DNA from: Felis catus
Lineage: Eukaryota
NCBI RefSeq assembly: GCF_018350175.1
Contig: NC_058368.1
Span: 74,712,001-74,776,000 of the forward strand
Length of the DNA: 64,000 nt
Direction of reading: 5' to 3'
Positions 61,982 through 64,000 of the stretch are shown in pieces; positions within the stretch are counted from its first letter, which is position 1, and each line of letters starts with the position of its first letter. Both the position numbers and the translations under genes were made by a program. Below the pieces are notes generated by a model. It made no database searches. It saw only the letters and a program-made list of their open reading frames with translations, and was not told the origin of the DNA.

Positions 61982-64000
61982 CTAGAGGCTACCAATTATT
62001 TCCCATTAACTGTATCATCTATGCCCTCAAGATAGTCCAAAATGTATACCTAAGCCCAGATTAGATAATCACAGAAAGTTAAATACCATGGGTCACGAGA
62101 TCATTTAATATTACAGAGAGTTAGAAATCAGAACTCCAGGTGTTCACATAAGCAGCTGAGAGCAAATGACACCGAGTGATTTTCATTTTGTCTTTTTATT
62201 ATTTACTAGAAGAATTAGTCGGGCACATACGCCTTTTCTTTTTTACTGCTAATTCTTTGGAGTTGCTCTGATAAAACCCTCTCATATGTGAACACAGCAC
62301 CCGTTACGCATGGAGAAAAGCTATACTATGCTCAATATCTTTACACACTATAGGCTTTTTTTCTATATTCGATGTTGTATTTTTCAGCACACAGAATAAA
62401 CAAAATTATTTTTGAAAAGAGCCAAGGGCACTGCATCATCTTCCTTTTCTTACTATCAGTTATTTGTACAATTTTCAAAAATTTCTTGGAGAGTTTGCTT
62501 TTATTTTTTTTTTTACCTAATACTTATTTTTTCACCTAATGCTAATTGCACATTATATGGTCCTACATAGAATTTGTTTGACTTTGATTGCAGATAATTT
62601 TATTATGTATAAAAGCAAATTAGGTAATTAAAGGGAGAGGATAATGAAACTTTTGATTCTACATTTTTGGTAATTTATCTAAATGAGTTTTTAGCTGAAA
62701 TTATCTGGACAATTACATCTGTTTTATGGATCAGTTTCATATCTTGAGATGAAATATAAGAATATTGTCATTTATTTAAACCCTTCTTAAAGAGCATACC
62801 CTGTGCAGAAGCGATAGCAGTTTCTAATATTCTGGATGTGCCTGAAGCTACAAAGCATGTCTAATATAAATGATGATTTCCTCTAGAAAGCAAAATCTAA
62901 TGTCCATTTATAGCTTAAAGTAGTTCATAAACATTTACTTTTAATCACCAAAGACAATATTTTCTAAAATTTATATTATTGGTGATTTTTTCCCTCATTT
63001 TTTTCTAGCAGATGAATCTGCCTTGCAAAGGGATTGGAACAATAGAATAAAAGGGAAATACATGTACTTGGAATGCTTAAGACCATTCTGCCCTAAATGT
63101 ATCTTTCTTTGCCATTTCCAGTCTATGTTTGTTACTTACTAGAAGGTAATCAGAACAATTCAAGGGCAATGCATATCACCATTACTAAAGACAGGATATA
63201 TTGAAATTAATTTTGCTTCTCTCCGAAGAAGTAGCATGCATTTGTTCAAAATCAAGGAATATTCAATAGAACGTTACGTTTACACTATAGGTAAGCCTCA
63301 AACTAGCATAATTAGCTTTTGTTAGCTGATTGACAATGCATCTCTTGTTTGTTTTGAAATGTTTTGTTTTCCGAAAAATTCTATAATGGAAATCTGGAAT
63401 TAGATTTCACTATGGCAACATTGATGACCTAGCCCCATATGGGTCAAATTATATAAAATGTTGCCATTACTGAAAAAAAAATATAATTATTTGATTTTGA
63501 GTAGTCTGGTTCTTTAGTTTGAAGCCATTGTTTTCCTGTTGACATTGGATGTCCAAGTTGGATGCTGATAGAATGATTGCCCTATTTGACTTTAGAAAAT
63601 GTGGTCAATGAAATAAAACTATGACACTTGTCTAAACAAAGCAACTGTCAACTCACGTCACAGGCTCCTTCTAAATAAAGGACTCCAGTACATTAAATTT
63701 GTTTTTCTTTAATGAACCTAAGCTTTTCACTGTCATTACTCATTCCTTCTAAAAACAGTGGGAAATGCAATACATTACTCAAGGGAGACCATTTGTCTTG
63801 AGGTGCCTATTTTATTGATGTAAATAAATGAGATTTTGGCTTACTCAACTACCAATATTTTGACTTTACAGAAACTCTGTATTATATTAAATGTTGCCAT
63901 TTTTGAAATTAATCCATACCCTTCCCGGAGAGTTTAGGGATAATATACAGGAGCTTTAGGGTAGGACTGTTTGAAAATCATTGTCAAAAAAGCATGTTAA

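Overview
Felid (cat-like) genomic DNA: AT-rich, with about 30 carnivore/felid tRNA-derived SINEs plus MIR, L2, L1, MLT2 LTR and DNA-transposon relics. I find no intact protein-coding gene, and nearly all supplied ORFs are SINE-, microsatellite- or chance-derived. The main result is a chain of about 30 GT-AG-bounded, often phase-compatible fossil exons on the minus strand, spanning almost the whole window (about 62 kb). In transcription order they read as several Ig-like domains, possible EGF-like modules, one more Ig domain, about 5-6 FN3-like repeats, a stalk and transmembrane segment, and two tandem tyrosine phosphatase domains (D1, then D2 running off the left edge). The exons carry many stops and frameshifts. 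I interpret this as an ancient unprocessed (possibly unitary) pseudogene of a receptor-type PTP whose ectodomain matches no human RPTP subtype I know. All homology calls are by eye against remembered motifs and need profile searches. Exon limits are approximate where splice sites have decayed.
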